Source of the DNA: an uncultured delta proteobacterium
GTDB lineage: Bacteria; Myxococcota_A; Polyangia; Polyangiales; Houyiibacteriaceae
Assembly: GCA_963699755.1 (NCBI GenBank)
Contig: CAVOVB010000001.1
Span: 1,120,001-1,184,000 of the forward strand
DNA: 64,000 nt
Direction: 5' to 3'
Position 1 is the first letter of the stretch. The number at the start of each line of letters is the position of its first letter. Under the pieces are notes generated by a model. The model saw only the letters and a list, made by a program, of their open reading frames with translations. It ran no database searches and was not told the origin of the DNA. This document shows positions 28,165 through 39,347 of this stretch, piece after piece. A program made the translations under genes and the position numbers.

Positions 28165-30774
28165 TCAGATCTCAAGCTCGATCAGGAGGAACTTGTTGGA
28201 GTCCCGCTTGCTCGACAGCTCCCGAATCTCCCGCCCGGGCACCAGTTTCCGAAAGCGCGCCAGCCTCGCGTGCTCGAGCAGGAAAAACACGGTTCGGCCT
28301 TCGTTCTCTTCGAGCCATTCACGAATCCGTTTGTTGTCGGTTTCGGCAAAGACGTAGACACGATTGCCGGTATAGAAGTTCTCGCCCTTCCAGTTCATCT
28401 GCCAGGCGACCAGTGGCTCGTCCGGGCTTCGACGAAGCTCGTAGTAGCGCTGCGCCAGATCGCGCATCCCCCAATGTTGGGAGAGGTCGACCATGTAGAC
28501 GTTCAAGCCCCAGGCACAGAAGACCAGCGCCACAGCAAGCAGCGCGCGTATGGCGACAGGGCGCCAATAGCGAAACGCGGCTCCGGCGGAGATAAGGCCC
28601 ACTGCCACCGCAAAGCCTGTGAGGATGGCGCGGTAGTCCAGGTGCTCGGGCCAGAGCCGCTCGTACTTGTAGATGAACAAATGGATCAGCCGTTCGTTTC
28701 CCTGCGGCCGCGCCGAGGTCGCCCAGCTCAGATCGCGTCCGACGAATGTGACGAGGCAGGCTCCTAGAACCAGGGCAACGCCGAGGCCGACGCTCCAGCG
28801 TGGAGGCGATAGCTTCGTTTCGGCGCGTGCGAGATCCCAGCGCGCAACACCGGCGAGCGCGGCGCTAAGAACCAAGATCGCGCCGGCCTTCCATGGTTGG
28901 CCTTGCCGGAGCACCCAGTCTTCGACTGGAGCGGTGCCGGCGGGGACGACGCCTCGCGGATCTCCGGCGAGCCAGGCAAAGCCCAGAACCGCGCATGAAC
29001 CTGCCGCCGCTGCGAGCAGGGTCGCCCTTGGTCTCTTCGGGCCCCAGCACTGATCGAGAGTGATGCCGACGAGGATCCCTGCCGGCACGATGGCGGGGAG
29101 AATGTAGTGGTGAAATTTGGTCACCATCGCGCTGAAGAGGACGAACGAAGAAAGGAGCCACATTGCAAGGAGTAGGAGCGTTTCGCCTCGGGCATCACGC
29201 TCCGAGCGCGAACGCATCCAAATGCCGACCATGAGCGCGGCCGGGAGCAAGGCGATCCAGGGGAAGGTGGCGTAGCCGATCTGGCCCAAGAAGTACGCGA
29301 CCGTTCCTTGGTCGCCGTGCACTCCCGTGGTCAGCCGGTTGATGTGGTCGTGGACCAGCAGCCGGTTGGTGAACGCCGGGCCGTGCCGAACGTACATCGC
29401 CAGGTACCAGGGCATGCTGACCACGGTCACGATCAGAACGCCCGTCGATACGTTGAGCGCGCCGCTACAGAGCAGCGACCAACGGCGCGAGGCGAGCAGG
29501 TAGAAGAGGGCCATCAGTCCCGGAATTGCGATTCCGGGCAAGCCCTTGGTCATGAAGGCGATCGCGGTGAAGAAGTAGAACGCGTACATCAAGAGCGGCC
29601 CAAGGCGCCGCTCTCGCCGGACGATCAGCGCGATCCCAGCGAGTAGCGCAAGCCAGAGGGCGCCTTGGAGGAACGGTTGACCCGCAAGACCGCCGAAGGC
29701 TGGAGTCTGGTCATGCGGGCTTGGGTTCCCGGGGACGTCGACGTTGCCCGCTGAGCCATAGAGGAATCGGTCGATGTGCGCGACGAGACCATGGCCCTCG
29801 ATCCAGGAGAGGTTGCGAGAGATCAAGTACAGCGCTTGCGGAAGAACGAGCACGAAGATCGCGAAGAGGATCAGGTGCTGCAATGAGACCTTCCGCCGCC
29901 CGAGCTGAAACGTCGGCGCTTCGCGTTTCGGATCTTCTTCGATGGCGAGGAGCAAGCAGCAGGCCGCGATCGTGATGGCGGCGACCAGTGGCAGGTCGGT
30001 GATCGCCTGGTGCGAAACGAAGAAGAACTGCGGCATGGTCGCGGTGACCAGGGTGGCCAGGACGCCGGCTCGCGGACCGAAGGAGCGCCGAACGGTCGCA
30101 TAGATCGCCGCGAGCGCCGCCAGCGCCATCAGCAGGGCAGGCAGGCGGAGAGCCCATTCTGGGTGGGCAGGATTGGCGTCTGGCATGAAATCCACGCCGA
30201 GCAAGCCCATGCTGAGCGCTTCCATCCAAAAGAGCAGGACGGGTTTCGACCAGAACCACTTGTCCTGCGCCCACCACAAGCTGATCCAGTCGTTTCGTGC
30301 GAGGATCTCTCGCGCGACTTCTCCGTAATGGGTCTCCCAGGGGTCCCAGAGCCCCGTCGTACCAAGCAGGGGTAGGTAGATCGCGCAGATCGCGATCATC
30401 ACGAAAAGGCCGGGCCGCTGAAGGCTCGGAGGCACGAAGCAAAGCAGGGCGAGCACAATCGTGATCGGCAGCGACTCATATCCTCCGATCGTCGCTCCGG
30501 CGATCAGGACCGCCAGCGCCAGGCCCGCCCACGCCAGCGGAGAGACCCGCTCGCCCGGCCGCTTGCCCAAGCTGGTCTCGCGCCACGGGATCGCCTCGCC
30601 CGCCGGAGTCGGAACCAGCCAGGCGACCCAGGCCGTCGTCGCGAGCAGGGCGATCAGCGCACCCCAGAGCGGGCCAAATGCAAACGGCTCGCGGTTGGCC
30701 ATCCAAAGAACGATGCCGACCGTTGCAGTCAGCGCGGTGAGCAAGCTGGCCAGGTTCTTTGGCTGCCGATTCAT
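28165..30774 (-). CDS. ArnT/PMT-like GT-C membrane glycosyltransferase
   Basis: Many TM helices, LWDPWETHYGEVARE, SKPVLLFW, ALRLP, AFMTKG, PWY and TKFHHYILP. Confidence 0.85.
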   Translation of the reverse strand: MNRQPKNLASLLTALTATVGIVLWMANREPFAFGPLWGALIALLATTAWVAWLVPTPAGEAIPWRETSLGKRPGERVSPLAWAGLALAVLIAGATIGGYESLPITIVLALLCFVPPSLQRPGLFVMIAICAIYLPLLGTTGLWDPWETHYGEVAREILARNDWISLWWAQDKWFWSKPVLLFWMEALSMGLLGVDFMPDANPAHPEWALRLPALLMALAALAAIYATVRRSFGPRAGVLATLVTATMPQFFFVSHQAITDLPLVAAITIAACCLLLAIEEDPKREAPTFQLGRRKVSLQHLILFAIFVLVLPQALYLISRNLSWIEGHGLVAHIDRFLYGSAGNVDVPGNPSPHDQTPAFGGLAGQPFLQGALWLALLAGIALIVRRERRLGPLLMYAFYFFTAIAFMTKGLPGIAIPGLMALFYLLASRRWSLLCSGALNVSTGVLIVTVVSMPWYLAMYVRHGPAFTNRLLVHDHINRLTTGVHGDQGTVAYFLGQIGYATFPWIALLPAALMVGIWMRSRSERDARGETLLLLAMWLLSSFVLFSAMVTKFHHYILPAIVPAGILVGITLDQCWGPKRPRATLLAAAAGSCAVLGFAWLAGDPRGVVPAGTAPVEDWVLRQGQPWKAGAILVLSAALAGVARWDLARAETKLSPPRWSVGLGVALVLGACLVTFVGRDLSWATSARPQGNERLIHLFIYKYERLWPEHLDYRAILTGFAVAVGLISAGAAFRYWRPVAIRALLAVALVFCAWGLNVYMVDLSQHWGMRDLAQRYYELRRSPDEPLVAWQMNWKGENFYTGNRVYVFAETDNKRIREWLEENEGRTVFFLLEHARLARFRKLVPGREIRELSSKRDSNKFLLIELEI

Positions 30775-31166
30775 TCTGACCGCGGGCTCTTGCCTTTCAG
30801 ATCGAAGAGGGTGAGCCCAGCTGCTGGGACGAGAAGCTTCCGCTTGCGCTCGATCCCCCGTCCGTCGGACGAACGGAGGACGATCCGAGCCTCATACTCC
30901 CCGGGCTGAAGGCGCACCGTATGGCGAATGACCTTGCTTTTCGCATCCGACGGCTTGAATCTGACGCTTGCCACCGCGTCTCCTTCCTGAAGGTAGTCCA
31001 CGTCGATCTCGGCCACGTCGGGGTCGACGGCATAGGCGACCTCCAGGTCTCGAGGCCAGATGCTCGCCAGGTGGTTCCCAATGACAATCGCACCAATTAT
31101 GGCGATCACAGTCGCAATCCTCCGCTTCGTTGACGATGGCCCTATGTTTGTCCTGAAGTCCCACAT
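30771..31166 (-). CDS. Hypothetical single-TM protein
   Basis: KRRIATVIAIIGAIVIG anchor followed by a beta-rich domain. Stop overlaps the GT-C start (ATGA). Start uncertain. Confidence 0.6.
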   Translation of the reverse strand: MWDFRTNIGPSSTKRRIATVIAIIGAIVIGNHLASIWPRDLEVAYAVDPDVAEIDVDYLQEGDAVASVRFKPSDAKSKVIRHTVRLQPGEYEARIVLRSSDGRGIERKRKLLVPAAGLTLFDLKGKSPRSE

Positions 31167-31260
31167 GCAGCACGCCCCAACCCAAACCCGCAGAAGCGCC
31201 ACAACCTTGGCACCAAATAGAGACGGTGTTAAATTGAGGATTGTTTCTTAGTGCGTCGTT

Positions 31261-33405
31261 ATGGTCCGCCTCACCAATATTCTTGAAAAGGTGAAGGGAT
31301 ACCATCCCCGAGCGGACACCGATCTGATCAACAAGGCCTACGTTTATGCCTCGCGCATGCACGATGGGCAGATGCGCAAGTCGGGGGACGAGTACTTCAT
31401 CCATCCGGTCTCGGTCGCGGACATCATCGCCGACATGCGCTTGGATGCTTCGAGCGTCTGCGCCGCCTTGCTGCACGACGTCGTCGAAGATTGCGAAGTC
31501 AGCCTTCCCGAGGTCGAGACGGTCTTCGGCGAAGAGGTCGCTTTCTTGGTCGATGGGGTGACCAAGCTCGGAAAGGTGAACTTCGCGTCGCGTGAAGACC
31601 GCCAAGCCGAGAGCTTCCGCAAGATGCTCGTCGCGATGGCCCGCGACATTCGCGTGCTCTTGGTGAAGCTCGCCGACCGGCTCGACAACATGCGCACGCT
31701 CGAGCACATGTCACCGTCTTCGCAGGAGCGCATCGCCCGGGAGACGATCGAGATCTATGCGCCGCTCGCTGGTCGCTTGGGGATTCAATGGCTCAAGGCC
31801 GAGCTCGAAGACTTGAGCTTCAAGCATCTCGAGCCAGAGGCCTACGCCCTCTTGGACGAGCAGGTTCGGACGGTCGCCAAGAACACCGACCACTACATCA
31901 ACGACGTCACCACCAAGCTCAAGAAGATGCTGCTCACCCGCGGCTTCTCCGTGAACGTGAGCGGGCGCCGCAAGCATCTCTATTCCCTGCACCGCAAGAT
32001 GAAATCGAGCGGGATCGGCTTCGAGCAGGTGCATGACTTCGTCGCGTTCCGGGTTATCACGGAGAGCGTCGCTGATTGCTATGCCACGCTCGGCGTCATT
32101 CACTCGGAGTGGACGCCCGTTCCCGGCCGCTTCAAGGACTATATCGCGCTGCCGAAGTCCAACATGTACCAGTCGCTGCACACGACGGTCATCGGGCCAG
32201 GCAATCGTCGAGTGGAAATCCAAATCCGGACCCACGAGATGCACCGGACCGCAGACTACGGCATCGCAGCGCATTGGCAGTACAAAGAGCACGGCGGCGG
32301 TATCGATCCCAAGGACGCGGCACGTTTCGTTTGGCTTCGTCAGCTGATGGAGTTCCAAAAGGAAGTGGTCGACCCCGAGGAGTTCTACGAGAGCGTGAAG
32401 GTCGACCTCTTCCCGGAGGACGTCTACGTGTTCACGCCCAAGGGAGACGTCATGACGTTCCCGCGCGGCGCCACGCCGGTTGACTTCGCCTATGCGGTTC
32501 ACTCCGAAGTCGGACACCGCTGCTCGGGCGCCAGGGTGAATGGCGCGATCGTTCCTTTGCGCCACAAGCTTCAAAACGGTGACGTGATCGAGATCATCAC
32601 CAGCAAGAATCACCATCCCAGCAAGGACTGGCTGGAGTTCGTGATGACCAGCCGTGCCCGCTCGCGCATCCGCCTCTACCTCCGGGCCGAAGAGCGGAAG
32701 CACGCCGTGAAGCTCGGTAAGGAGCTCCTCGAAAAGGAGATGCGGAAGAACAACGTGTCGCTTTCGCGATTCCTCAAGGGGAAGCGCTCGAAGGAAGTGT
32801 TCTCTCGATTCCATGCGGGCTCCGAGGACGACCTCTATGCACGGATCGGCATCGGCAAGCTCGCGCTGCCGAGCGTCATGGAACAGGTGCTTCCGAAGGA
32901 AGACGCCGAACGCGACAGCCTTCGGCCCGGTTTCATCGAGCGCGCGGTTCAGCGCGTTGCCGGTGATGTCGAGGGAGCGGGGATCCGCATTCAAGGCATG
33001 GACAACATGCTCGTCCGCTTTGCGCAGTGCTGCAATCCCGTCCCAGGTGATCCCGTGACCGGTTGGATCACGCGTGGCCGGGGGGTTTCGGTGCATCGAA
33101 GAGGTTGCCCGCGCGTCCTCGAGCTCGACCCCGAGCGGCGCGTCCAGGTCAGCTGGGCGGACCACGTCGACGTCGACCTTCCGGTCTCGCTACGCGTCAT
33201 GACCGATGATCGAGCGGGAATCCTCGCATCCGTGTCTTCGGTATTCTCGACGAACGGCGTCAGCATCAGCGAAGCATCGTGCCTGTCGAAGGATGGCCGC
33301 GCCGAAAACCTGTTCCACTTCCGAGTCGGCGACATCGATCGCCTCCGCGAAATCATGCGAGGCGTCGCCAAGGTCAAAGGCGTCCTCGACGTGGAACGCG
33401 TCTAG
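31261..33405 (+). CDS. relA: Bifunctional (p)ppGpp synthetase/hydrolase (long RSH)
   Basis: Intact HD motif (LLHDVVED), KLADRLDNMRT, RFKDYIA, YQSLHTT, EIQIRT, TGS domain (TPVDFAYAVH), CCNPVPGD and an ACT domain. Confidence 0.96.
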   Translation: MVRLTNILEKVKGYHPRADTDLINKAYVYASRMHDGQMRKSGDEYFIHPVSVADIIADMRLDASSVCAALLHDVVEDCEVSLPEVETVFGEEVAFLVDGVTKLGKVNFASREDRQAESFRKMLVAMARDIRVLLVKLADRLDNMRTLEHMSPSSQERIARETIEIYAPLAGRLGIQWLKAELEDLSFKHLEPEAYALLDEQVRTVAKNTDHYINDVTTKLKKMLLTRGFSVNVSGRRKHLYSLHRKMKSSGIGFEQVHDFVAFRVITESVADCYATLGVIHSEWTPVPGRFKDYIALPKSNMYQSLHTTVIGPGNRRVEIQIRTHEMHRTADYGIAAHWQYKEHGGGIDPKDAARFVWLRQLMEFQKEVVDPEEFYESVKVDLFPEDVYVFTPKGDVMTFPRGATPVDFAYAVHSEVGHRCSGARVNGAIVPLRHKLQNGDVIEIITSKNHHPSKDWLEFVMTSRARSRIRLYLRAEERKHAVKLGKELLEKEMRKNNVSLSRFLKGKRSKEVFSRFHAGSEDDLYARIGIGKLALPSVMEQVLPKEDAERDSLRPGFIERAVQRVAGDVEGAGIRIQGMDNMLVRFAQCCNPVPGDPVTGWITRGRGVSVHRRGCPRVLELDPERRVQVSWADHVDVDLPVSLRVMTDDRAGILASVSSVFSTNGVSISEASCLSKDGRAENLFHFRVGDIDRLREIMRGVAKVKGVLDVERV

Positions 33406-33444
33406 CCGCCCCCTCAGGCCGCCGACCGCAACCCGCCCCCGGGC

Positions 33445-34275
33445 TCATCCGCTGCCGTCGCGCGTCTCCCGCCACAGGATCCCGATTGCCGCGGCCGCTC
33501 CAGCGATCGCCAGCAACAGGATCCACCAGCCGATGTGCTCGACGTCCTGGCTCAGGGTATTGAAGCCCTCGATTCGATACAAAGTCGCAGGCAACAACAA
33601 GGGCAGGGCGTTGACGCCGGCGTGCATTGCAATGCTAGCCAAGGTGGAGCTCGTTCGGAGCGCGACCGCGCCAAGCACGAACCCGCCGACTGTAGCGTAC
33701 AGAACGGCCGAAGCTTCCGCGTGAACCAGGCCGAAGAGGGCGGAGCTCCAGAGCAGTGCCGGTGCGTCGCCATACGCCTCTTTGAGGTCCTGGAGCAGCC
33801 AACCTCGAAACAGGAGCTCCTCGGTCACCGGGGCGACGAGGACCAACGCGACCAGAATCGACATCCCAGCCCACCAAGTCGTCGGATTGACCAGCCGGTA
33901 CCGGCGGGCGAGCTCGTCGAAGCTGAGCGGCCAGAGCTCTTGCACGAGGTTCCCGAGCTCGGCGAGCGGGAGCTGCAGGAACGCTCCGGCGATGAAGCAG
34001 AGGGCTACGATTCCTCCGAGCAGCGGCCGAACGTGCATCGATTCGAGCAAGCCAAGATCTCGCCGGCGGCGCGGAAAAGCGATGATGTACAGGACCCCGA
34101 AGGCCGCCGCTTGGACCAATGCGAGGTTGAGCGGCGCCTGACCGGCGGCCTCGATCGCCTCGCTCGGGGGCACCGACCAGCTCGAGAGCTGGAGAAAGCC
34201 GGCGCAGAGCAAGAGCAGCTGAACGAGGGCTGGGAACGCTAACGCGATCAGAAGAGCTTTCAGATATCCGCCCAC
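33445..34275 (-). CDS. CPBP (CAAX/Abi) intramembrane metalloprotease
   Basis: EELLFRG, FGLVH and HAGVN motifs in a multi-TM protein. Confidence 0.88.
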   Translation of the reverse strand: MGGYLKALLIALAFPALVQLLLLCAGFLQLSSWSVPPSEAIEAAGQAPLNLALVQAAAFGVLYIIAFPRRRRDLGLLESMHVRPLLGGIVALCFIAGAFLQLPLAELGNLVQELWPLSFDELARRYRLVNPTTWWAGMSILVALVLVAPVTEELLFRGWLLQDLKEAYGDAPALLWSSALFGLVHAEASAVLYATVGGFVLGAVALRTSSTLASIAMHAGVNALPLLLPATLYRIEGFNTLSQDVEHIGWWILLLAIAGAAAAIGILWRETRDGSG

Positions 34276-34365
34276 GACAATGCGCAGCCTGCCATGTACC
34301 GCCGGGTCAGTCCCAAGATATGAGCCTGCCCTGCTCGTCCGACCCTGCTATAGCCGCTGAGCAGC

Positions 34366-36477
34366 ATGAGGATCCGCTTCCTGTTCATCGTCGGCTTGCT
34401 GAGCCTCAGCTTCGCCTGTGCACATTCGGGATCAACCGGCGGAAGCGCCCGGGTGAAGGGGGCGGAACCGATCGCTCGGGTCGAGTACCCCGACGAGGCC
34501 CGGCGGTTCTTGATGATGTCGCTCGACAACCCGGAGCGCCTCGAGCTTCGAGATCGCCTCGTCGCGTCGGTGCTTTTACAGGCGCAGAGCCTGGCCGACG
34601 TGGGTGACTACGAAGGCGTCGTGCTCGAGATGAGCCACTTGACGACTTTCTTGTCGCCTTCGGACTATGCGGCCGGGGTTCTTCCGAAGCAGGTCGAACC
34701 GATCGCGAAGTACATCGCCGACCGCGGAGGGCACCTTGGCGACGAGGGGTACGTGCTCGCGGCGAACTTCATGCTTGCGCGCTTGACCGGGGACGAGATC
34801 TACCAGAACTACTACGACGAGATTGCCGATTGGGGACGCGATGCGCGTTCGAACCTCGACACGGTCACCGAGCAATACGCAGGCCTGATTTCGGTCTGGA
34901 CCGATCATGCGGACCTGACGCCCGCGCCCGAGGTTCTCGACACGCTGGCCGGTCTGCACATCGCTGGACGCGATGCGGTCGCTGCAGAGTCGCTCGAGAC
35001 GCGCCATCGACTTGGCATCGGAGGGGAGCGGCAGCTTAGGCTTGCTCCATTGAACGTCGCGGCGGTCTACCTTTCGCATGGGGACATCGCGTCGGCGATC
35101 GCGAAGGTCAGCTCGATGGGCTCCGACGGAGAGCTTCAGCTGCGCCTGCTCGAGCTGCTGCGGACGGCTCAGAGCAATGACGACGAGGGGGCGGCTGCGA
35201 CCTTTGAGCTCGTCGAGGGCTACCGGGTGGCGCGGCCCGACGTGGCCGCCGGGCTTTGCCAGGCGACGCTGATTCGTTTCCCAAGCGACTATCGATTTCC
35301 GACCTGCATGGCCCGGGTAGCAGCGGATTCGCAGCAATTTGCGGACGCAACTGCCTGGTACGCGATCGCCATCGAGCTGGCACCGGATATGATCGAGCTC
35401 TACGACGAGGCGCTCGGCCAGCTGGACGAGTTTATCGAGACCCGGCTCTCCGACCCGCACCCCGAGCGCTCCGGCTCGCTTGCGCGAGGCGCTGAGACAA
35501 TCCTAGCCGAACGCCAGAAGCGCTGGCCGGACTCTACGCCGCCGATCGCGCCCAACCATCTCGAGTTTCTGATCGGCATGCTGGAGATGAACGCCGGTCG
35601 CGCCGCCGAAGCGGAGCGACGCTTCAAGCAGAGCCTAGGAGAAGACGAAAACGTCGAGGCTCTGATGCAGCTCGGACTGCTGCTCGAGCGAACCGGGCGG
35701 CCAGCCGAGGCCGAGCAGCAATTCCGGCGAGCTTTGGCGCTGAGCCCGTCGGCGACTCTTGCCGACGACGTCCGCCGTGCCGAGATCCTCGAGAACCTAG
35801 GCAACACATCTCGCGCGCAGGGTAAGACGGGCGACATGAAAGCGCAGTACACTGCTGCGCTCGAGGCCTGGACGGCTGCACGCGACCAAGTCGAAGGGCC
35901 GACTGGCGCGATCGTCGAGATGCGACGGGGGGTGCTCCTCGATCACTTGGGTCGCCATCCGCAGGCGGTCGATGCGTTCGAGAGCGCAATGACCTTCGCG
36001 CCACAATGGCGGGACGTCTATGCTGGCATCCTCTCTCACCTCGTCTCCTCCCCGGTCGACATCGAGCTCGCGTCGTCCGTCTGGCGACGGTCGCAGTTGC
36101 ATCTGAGCCTCGCGCCCGAGTGGAAGGTCTACTTCACGCTCTGGATTCAGTTCATTACCGCCCGCGCCGGCCAGCCGCCCGTACAAGAGCACAGCGAAAT
36201 CCTCCGAAGCCTCGGCGGTAGCTCCACCTGGTGGGGCAAGCTCGCGAGCTTCGGCGCAGGCGAGCTCGACTATGCAGGCCTCATGAGCGTCGCATCGAGC
36301 TTGGGTGAACGGACCGAGGCGCTCTACTACGAAGGGACGCGGCTCTTCATAGAGGGCGACAAGCAGGGGGCGGACAGGAAGTTTCAAGAGGTCTTAGACA
36401 CCAACATGGTGAGCTTTTTCGAGTTCGAAATGGCTCGGAAGCTGCTCTTGGAAGAGGCCGGAGCCGGGGAACCGTGA
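34366..36477 (+). CDS. TPR-repeat lipoprotein
   Basis: MRIRFLFIVGLLSLSFAC signal and lipobox. TPR units such as ALMQLGLLLERTGRPAEAEQQFRRALALSP. Confidence 0.82.
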   Translation: MRIRFLFIVGLLSLSFACAHSGSTGGSARVKGAEPIARVEYPDEARRFLMMSLDNPERLELRDRLVASVLLQAQSLADVGDYEGVVLEMSHLTTFLSPSDYAAGVLPKQVEPIAKYIADRGGHLGDEGYVLAANFMLARLTGDEIYQNYYDEIADWGRDARSNLDTVTEQYAGLISVWTDHADLTPAPEVLDTLAGLHIAGRDAVAAESLETRHRLGIGGERQLRLAPLNVAAVYLSHGDIASAIAKVSSMGSDGELQLRLLELLRTAQSNDDEGAAATFELVEGYRVARPDVAAGLCQATLIRFPSDYRFPTCMARVAADSQQFADATAWYAIAIELAPDMIELYDEALGQLDEFIETRLSDPHPERSGSLARGAETILAERQKRWPDSTPPIAPNHLEFLIGMLEMNAGRAAEAERRFKQSLGEDENVEALMQLGLLLERTGRPAEAEQQFRRALALSPSATLADDVRRAEILENLGNTSRAQGKTGDMKAQYTAALEAWTAARDQVEGPTGAIVEMRRGVLLDHLGRHPQAVDAFESAMTFAPQWRDVYAGILSHLVSSPVDIELASSVWRRSQLHLSLAPEWKVYFTLWIQFITARAGQPPVQEHSEILRSLGGSSTWWGKLASFGAGELDYAGLMSVASSLGERTEALYYEGTRLFIEGDKQGADRKFQEVLDTNMVSFFEFEMARKLLLEEAGAGEP

Positions 36478-38810
36478 TCGACTTCGAGAAGCTCGGGAAG
36501 CTCTATCTCGGCAGGGAATTCGATCCTGAATCCGGCGAGCCGAACGACATCCCGGTCCTCTACGACTCCAAAGACCTCACCACGCATGCCGTTTGCGTCG
36601 GCATGACCGGGAGCGGCAAGACCGGGCTCTGCCTGACGCTGCTCGAAGAAGCCGCGATCGACGGCATCCCGGCCCTGTGCATCGACCCCAAGGGCGACCT
36701 CGGAAACCTCTTGCTCACCTTTCCCGAGCTTCGGCCGAGCGACTTCGAACCCTGGATCGACCCTGCCGAAGCGGAACGAAAAGGCCACACGGTGCACGAA
36801 GAGGCCGAAGCGGTGGCCAGGCTATGGCGCGACGGACTCGCGAACTGGGGCCAGGACGGTGCCCGCATCGCGCGCTTCCGGGACGCGGTGCACATCGCCA
36901 TCTATACCCCCGGTAGCTCCGCCGGCAGGCCGCTTCGTGTGCTCGAAGCATTCGATCCTCCGAAGGAGGGGGCGGACGAGGACGAGCAGCGCGACCAGAT
37001 CATGGGGGCCGTTTCCGGTCTCCTCGCGCTTCTCGGCATCGAGGCCGATCCGGTCAACAGCAAAGAGCACATCTTGCTGTCGAATCTCTTATCGCACGCC
37101 TGGTCGAATGGAGAGTCCGTGCAGCTCGGTGACCTCGTCCGTAGGATTTCGGCGCCTCCTTTCGGTCGGATCGGCGTGATGGACTTGGAGACCTTTTATC
37201 CAGCTTCCGATCGGCAGAAGCTCGCGATGCAGATCAACGGCCTCCTCGCGTCTCCCGGCTTTTCCGCCTGGTTGGAGGGAGAGCCGCTCGACATTCAGCG
37301 TCTGCTCTGGACCGAGGAGGGCAAGGCGCGGATCACGATTCTTTCGATCGCGCATCTGAGCGAAGCCGAGCGTATGTTCTTCGTGAGCACACTGCTCAAT
37401 CGGGTCTTGTCCTGGGTGCGCAGCCAATCGGGGACTTCGAGCCTGCGCGCGCTCCTCTACATGGATGAAGTGTTCGGGTTTCTCCCGCCGGTCTCAGAGC
37501 CCCCGTCGAAGAGGCCGCTGCTCACCTTGCTCAAGCAGGCGCGGGCGTATGGCTTTGGACTCGTTCTCGCGACCCAGAATCCGGTCGACCTGGACTACAA
37601 AGCCCTTTCGAACTGCGGCACCTGGTTTCTCGGGCGGCTTCAGACCGAGCGCGACGTGGCCCGTGTCGTCGACGGGCTCGAGGGCGCATCGGCAGCCGCG
37701 GGGAGCGCGCTCAACCGGGGCGAGATCGAGCGCCTGCTCGCCGGGCTTCGTAGCCGCGTGTTTCTACTGCACAACGCCCATGAGGAGTCGGACGTTCTGT
37801 TCCAGACGCGGTGGGCGATGTCGTACCTTCGTGGGCCGCTCACCCGCAAACAAATCAAGCTGCTGAGCCCGGCCGCCGACCCAGACGCGCCCGATGCTGA
37901 GCCCCACGCAGGGTCGACGCAGGGTGCGACCGCGGCTAAAGGGGCCCGACCCGTGGTCGCGGCCGGTATTGACGAAGCGTTTCTGAGCGATGCGCCGGGG
38001 GTCTATCGCCCACATTTGCTCGCGTCGGTCTCGCTTCACTATTCGCTCGCGGCCCATGGCCTCGATGAATGGGAAGAGCACCTGATGCTCGCGCCGCTCG
38101 AACGGGACGCGCCCTGGGAATCCGCCGAGCTCGTAAGCCCGGAGGCGCTCGAGATCGATCATGATGCACCGGAAGAAGCCCAGTTCGTCACGCCGCCTTC
38201 TGGCTCGGTCGGCAAGGCTCGCTTCCGCAGCTATGTCAAACAGATCAAGAGCTATCTCTACCAGAGCCGACCCAAGACTTTGTGGCGAAACAAGGCCTTG
38301 AAGCTGGAGTCGAAACCGGGGGAAAGCAAGGCCGAGTTCTCGGCGAGGCTGCAGCTCGCGAGACGCGAACGACGCGATGCGGCCGCCGAACGACTGCGCG
38401 AGCAATTCGCCAGGAAGGTCAAGAGCATGCAAGACCGCATCGGCCGCGCGGAGGACAAGGTCGACCGCGAGCAGAGCCAGTATGACCAGCAGAAGCTGCA
38501 GACCGGGATTTCGATGGGCGCCACCGTTTTGGGCGCGATCTTCGGAAGTCGCGGCATGGGTCGCGCGACCACCGCGGCACGAGGGGCGGGCAGGGTCGCT
38601 CGTGAGCGCGAAGACGTCCAACGCGCCGAAGAGGACTTGCGCAAGCTACAGGACGCGCTCCGGGAGCTCGAGATCGAGGCGGAAGAAGAGGTCCGTGCGC
38701 TCGACGCCGAGCTGGAGCGGGAAACACCAGAGCTCGAAGAGGTCATCGTCCGCCCGAAGAAAGCCGACATCCAGGTTACCGACCTCAGGCTTGCGTGGAA
38801 GCCTGACTAA
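36474..38810 (+). CDS. HerA/FtsK-superfamily P-loop ATPase (DUF87/DUF853-like) with C-terminal coiled coil
   Basis: [14 protein letters not shown] (Walker A), IDPKGD, LYMDE (Walker B), KQARAYG and LATQNPVD. Confidence 0.85.
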   Translation: MIDFEKLGKLYLGREFDPESGEPNDIPVLYDSKDLTTHAVCVGMTGSGKTGLCLTLLEEAAIDGIPALCIDPKGDLGNLLLTFPELRPSDFEPWIDPAEAERKGHTVHEEAEAVARLWRDGLANWGQDGARIARFRDAVHIAIYTPGSSAGRPLRVLEAFDPPKEGADEDEQRDQIMGAVSGLLALLGIEADPVNSKEHILLSNLLSHAWSNGESVQLGDLVRRISAPPFGRIGVMDLETFYPASDRQKLAMQINGLLASPGFSAWLEGEPLDIQRLLWTEEGKARITILSIAHLSEAERMFFVSTLLNRVLSWVRSQSGTSSLRALLYMDEVFGFLPPVSEPPSKRPLLTLLKQARAYGFGLVLATQNPVDLDYKALSNCGTWFLGRLQTERDVARVVDGLEGASAAAGSALNRGEIERLLAGLRSRVFLLHNAHEESDVLFQTRWAMSYLRGPLTRKQIKLLSPAADPDAPDAEPHAGSTQGATAAKGARPVVAAGIDEAFLSDAPGVYRPHLLASVSLHYSLAAHGLDEWEEHLMLAPLERDAPWESAELVSPEALEIDHDAPEEAQFVTPPSGSVGKARFRSYVKQIKSYLYQSRPKTLWRNKALKLESKPGESKAEFSARLQLARRERRDAAAERLREQFARKVKSMQDRIGRAEDKVDREQSQYDQQKLQTGISMGATVLGAIFGSRGMGRATTAARGAGRVAREREDVQRAEEDLRKLQDALRELEIEAEEEVRALDAELERETPELEEVIVRPKKADIQVTDLRLAWKPD

Positions 38811-39276
38811 TCGTCTCGAACGCCTCTCGCACCTCCGGAGGAGCCTCGACGAGCTCGATCAGCACGCCTTCGCCGCCTATGGGCATAGCCTCATTCCCCT
38901 TGGGATGAATGAAGCAGACGCGGTGACCCGCGGCGCCAGCCCGGATCCCTCCGGGCGTGAAACGCACGCCTCGATCGCCGAGCCATTCAACGGCCGCTTC
39001 GATGTCGTCGACCCAGAGACCGATGTGGTTGAGGGCCGGCATGTCGACCCGTGGTTTCTTCTCGGGATCGATCGGCTGCATGAGGTCGACTTCCACCGTG
39101 AACGCGCCTGCGCCCATCGTCACGATATCTTCGTCGACGTTCTCCTTCTCGCTCTTGTAGTTTCCGTGCGGAGTCAGTCCCAGGGTGTCGACCCAGAGGC
39201 GGCGCAGCACGCTCTTGTCGCTCGCGCCGACCGCGACCTGCTGGATTCCCAATACCTTGAACGGACGTGTCGCCAT
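38785..39276 (-). CDS. VOC-family protein, methylmalonyl-CoA epimerase-like
   Basis: [36 protein letters not shown] ribosome-binding site upstream. Confidence 0.82.
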   Translation of the reverse strand: MATRPFKVLGIQQVAVGASDKSVLRRLWVDTLGLTPHGNYKSEKENVDEDIVTMGAGAFTVEVDLMQPIDPEKKPRVDMPALNHIGLWVDDIEAAVEWLGDRGVRFTPGGIRAGAAGHRVCFIHPKGNEAMPIGGEGVLIELVEAPPEVREAFETISQASTQA

Positions 39277-39347
39277 GGTTCCTCTCTTCGGGCGCAGAAC
39301 CTTACCCCGGTTGCCGCCCATGTCCACTTGGGACAGTCTCTCGGCCC

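Noticed and set aside
36474..38810. HerA-type anti-phage defence system
   Set aside because: There is no adjacent effector (Sir2, nuclease, DUF4297), and the context is housekeeping rather than a defence island.
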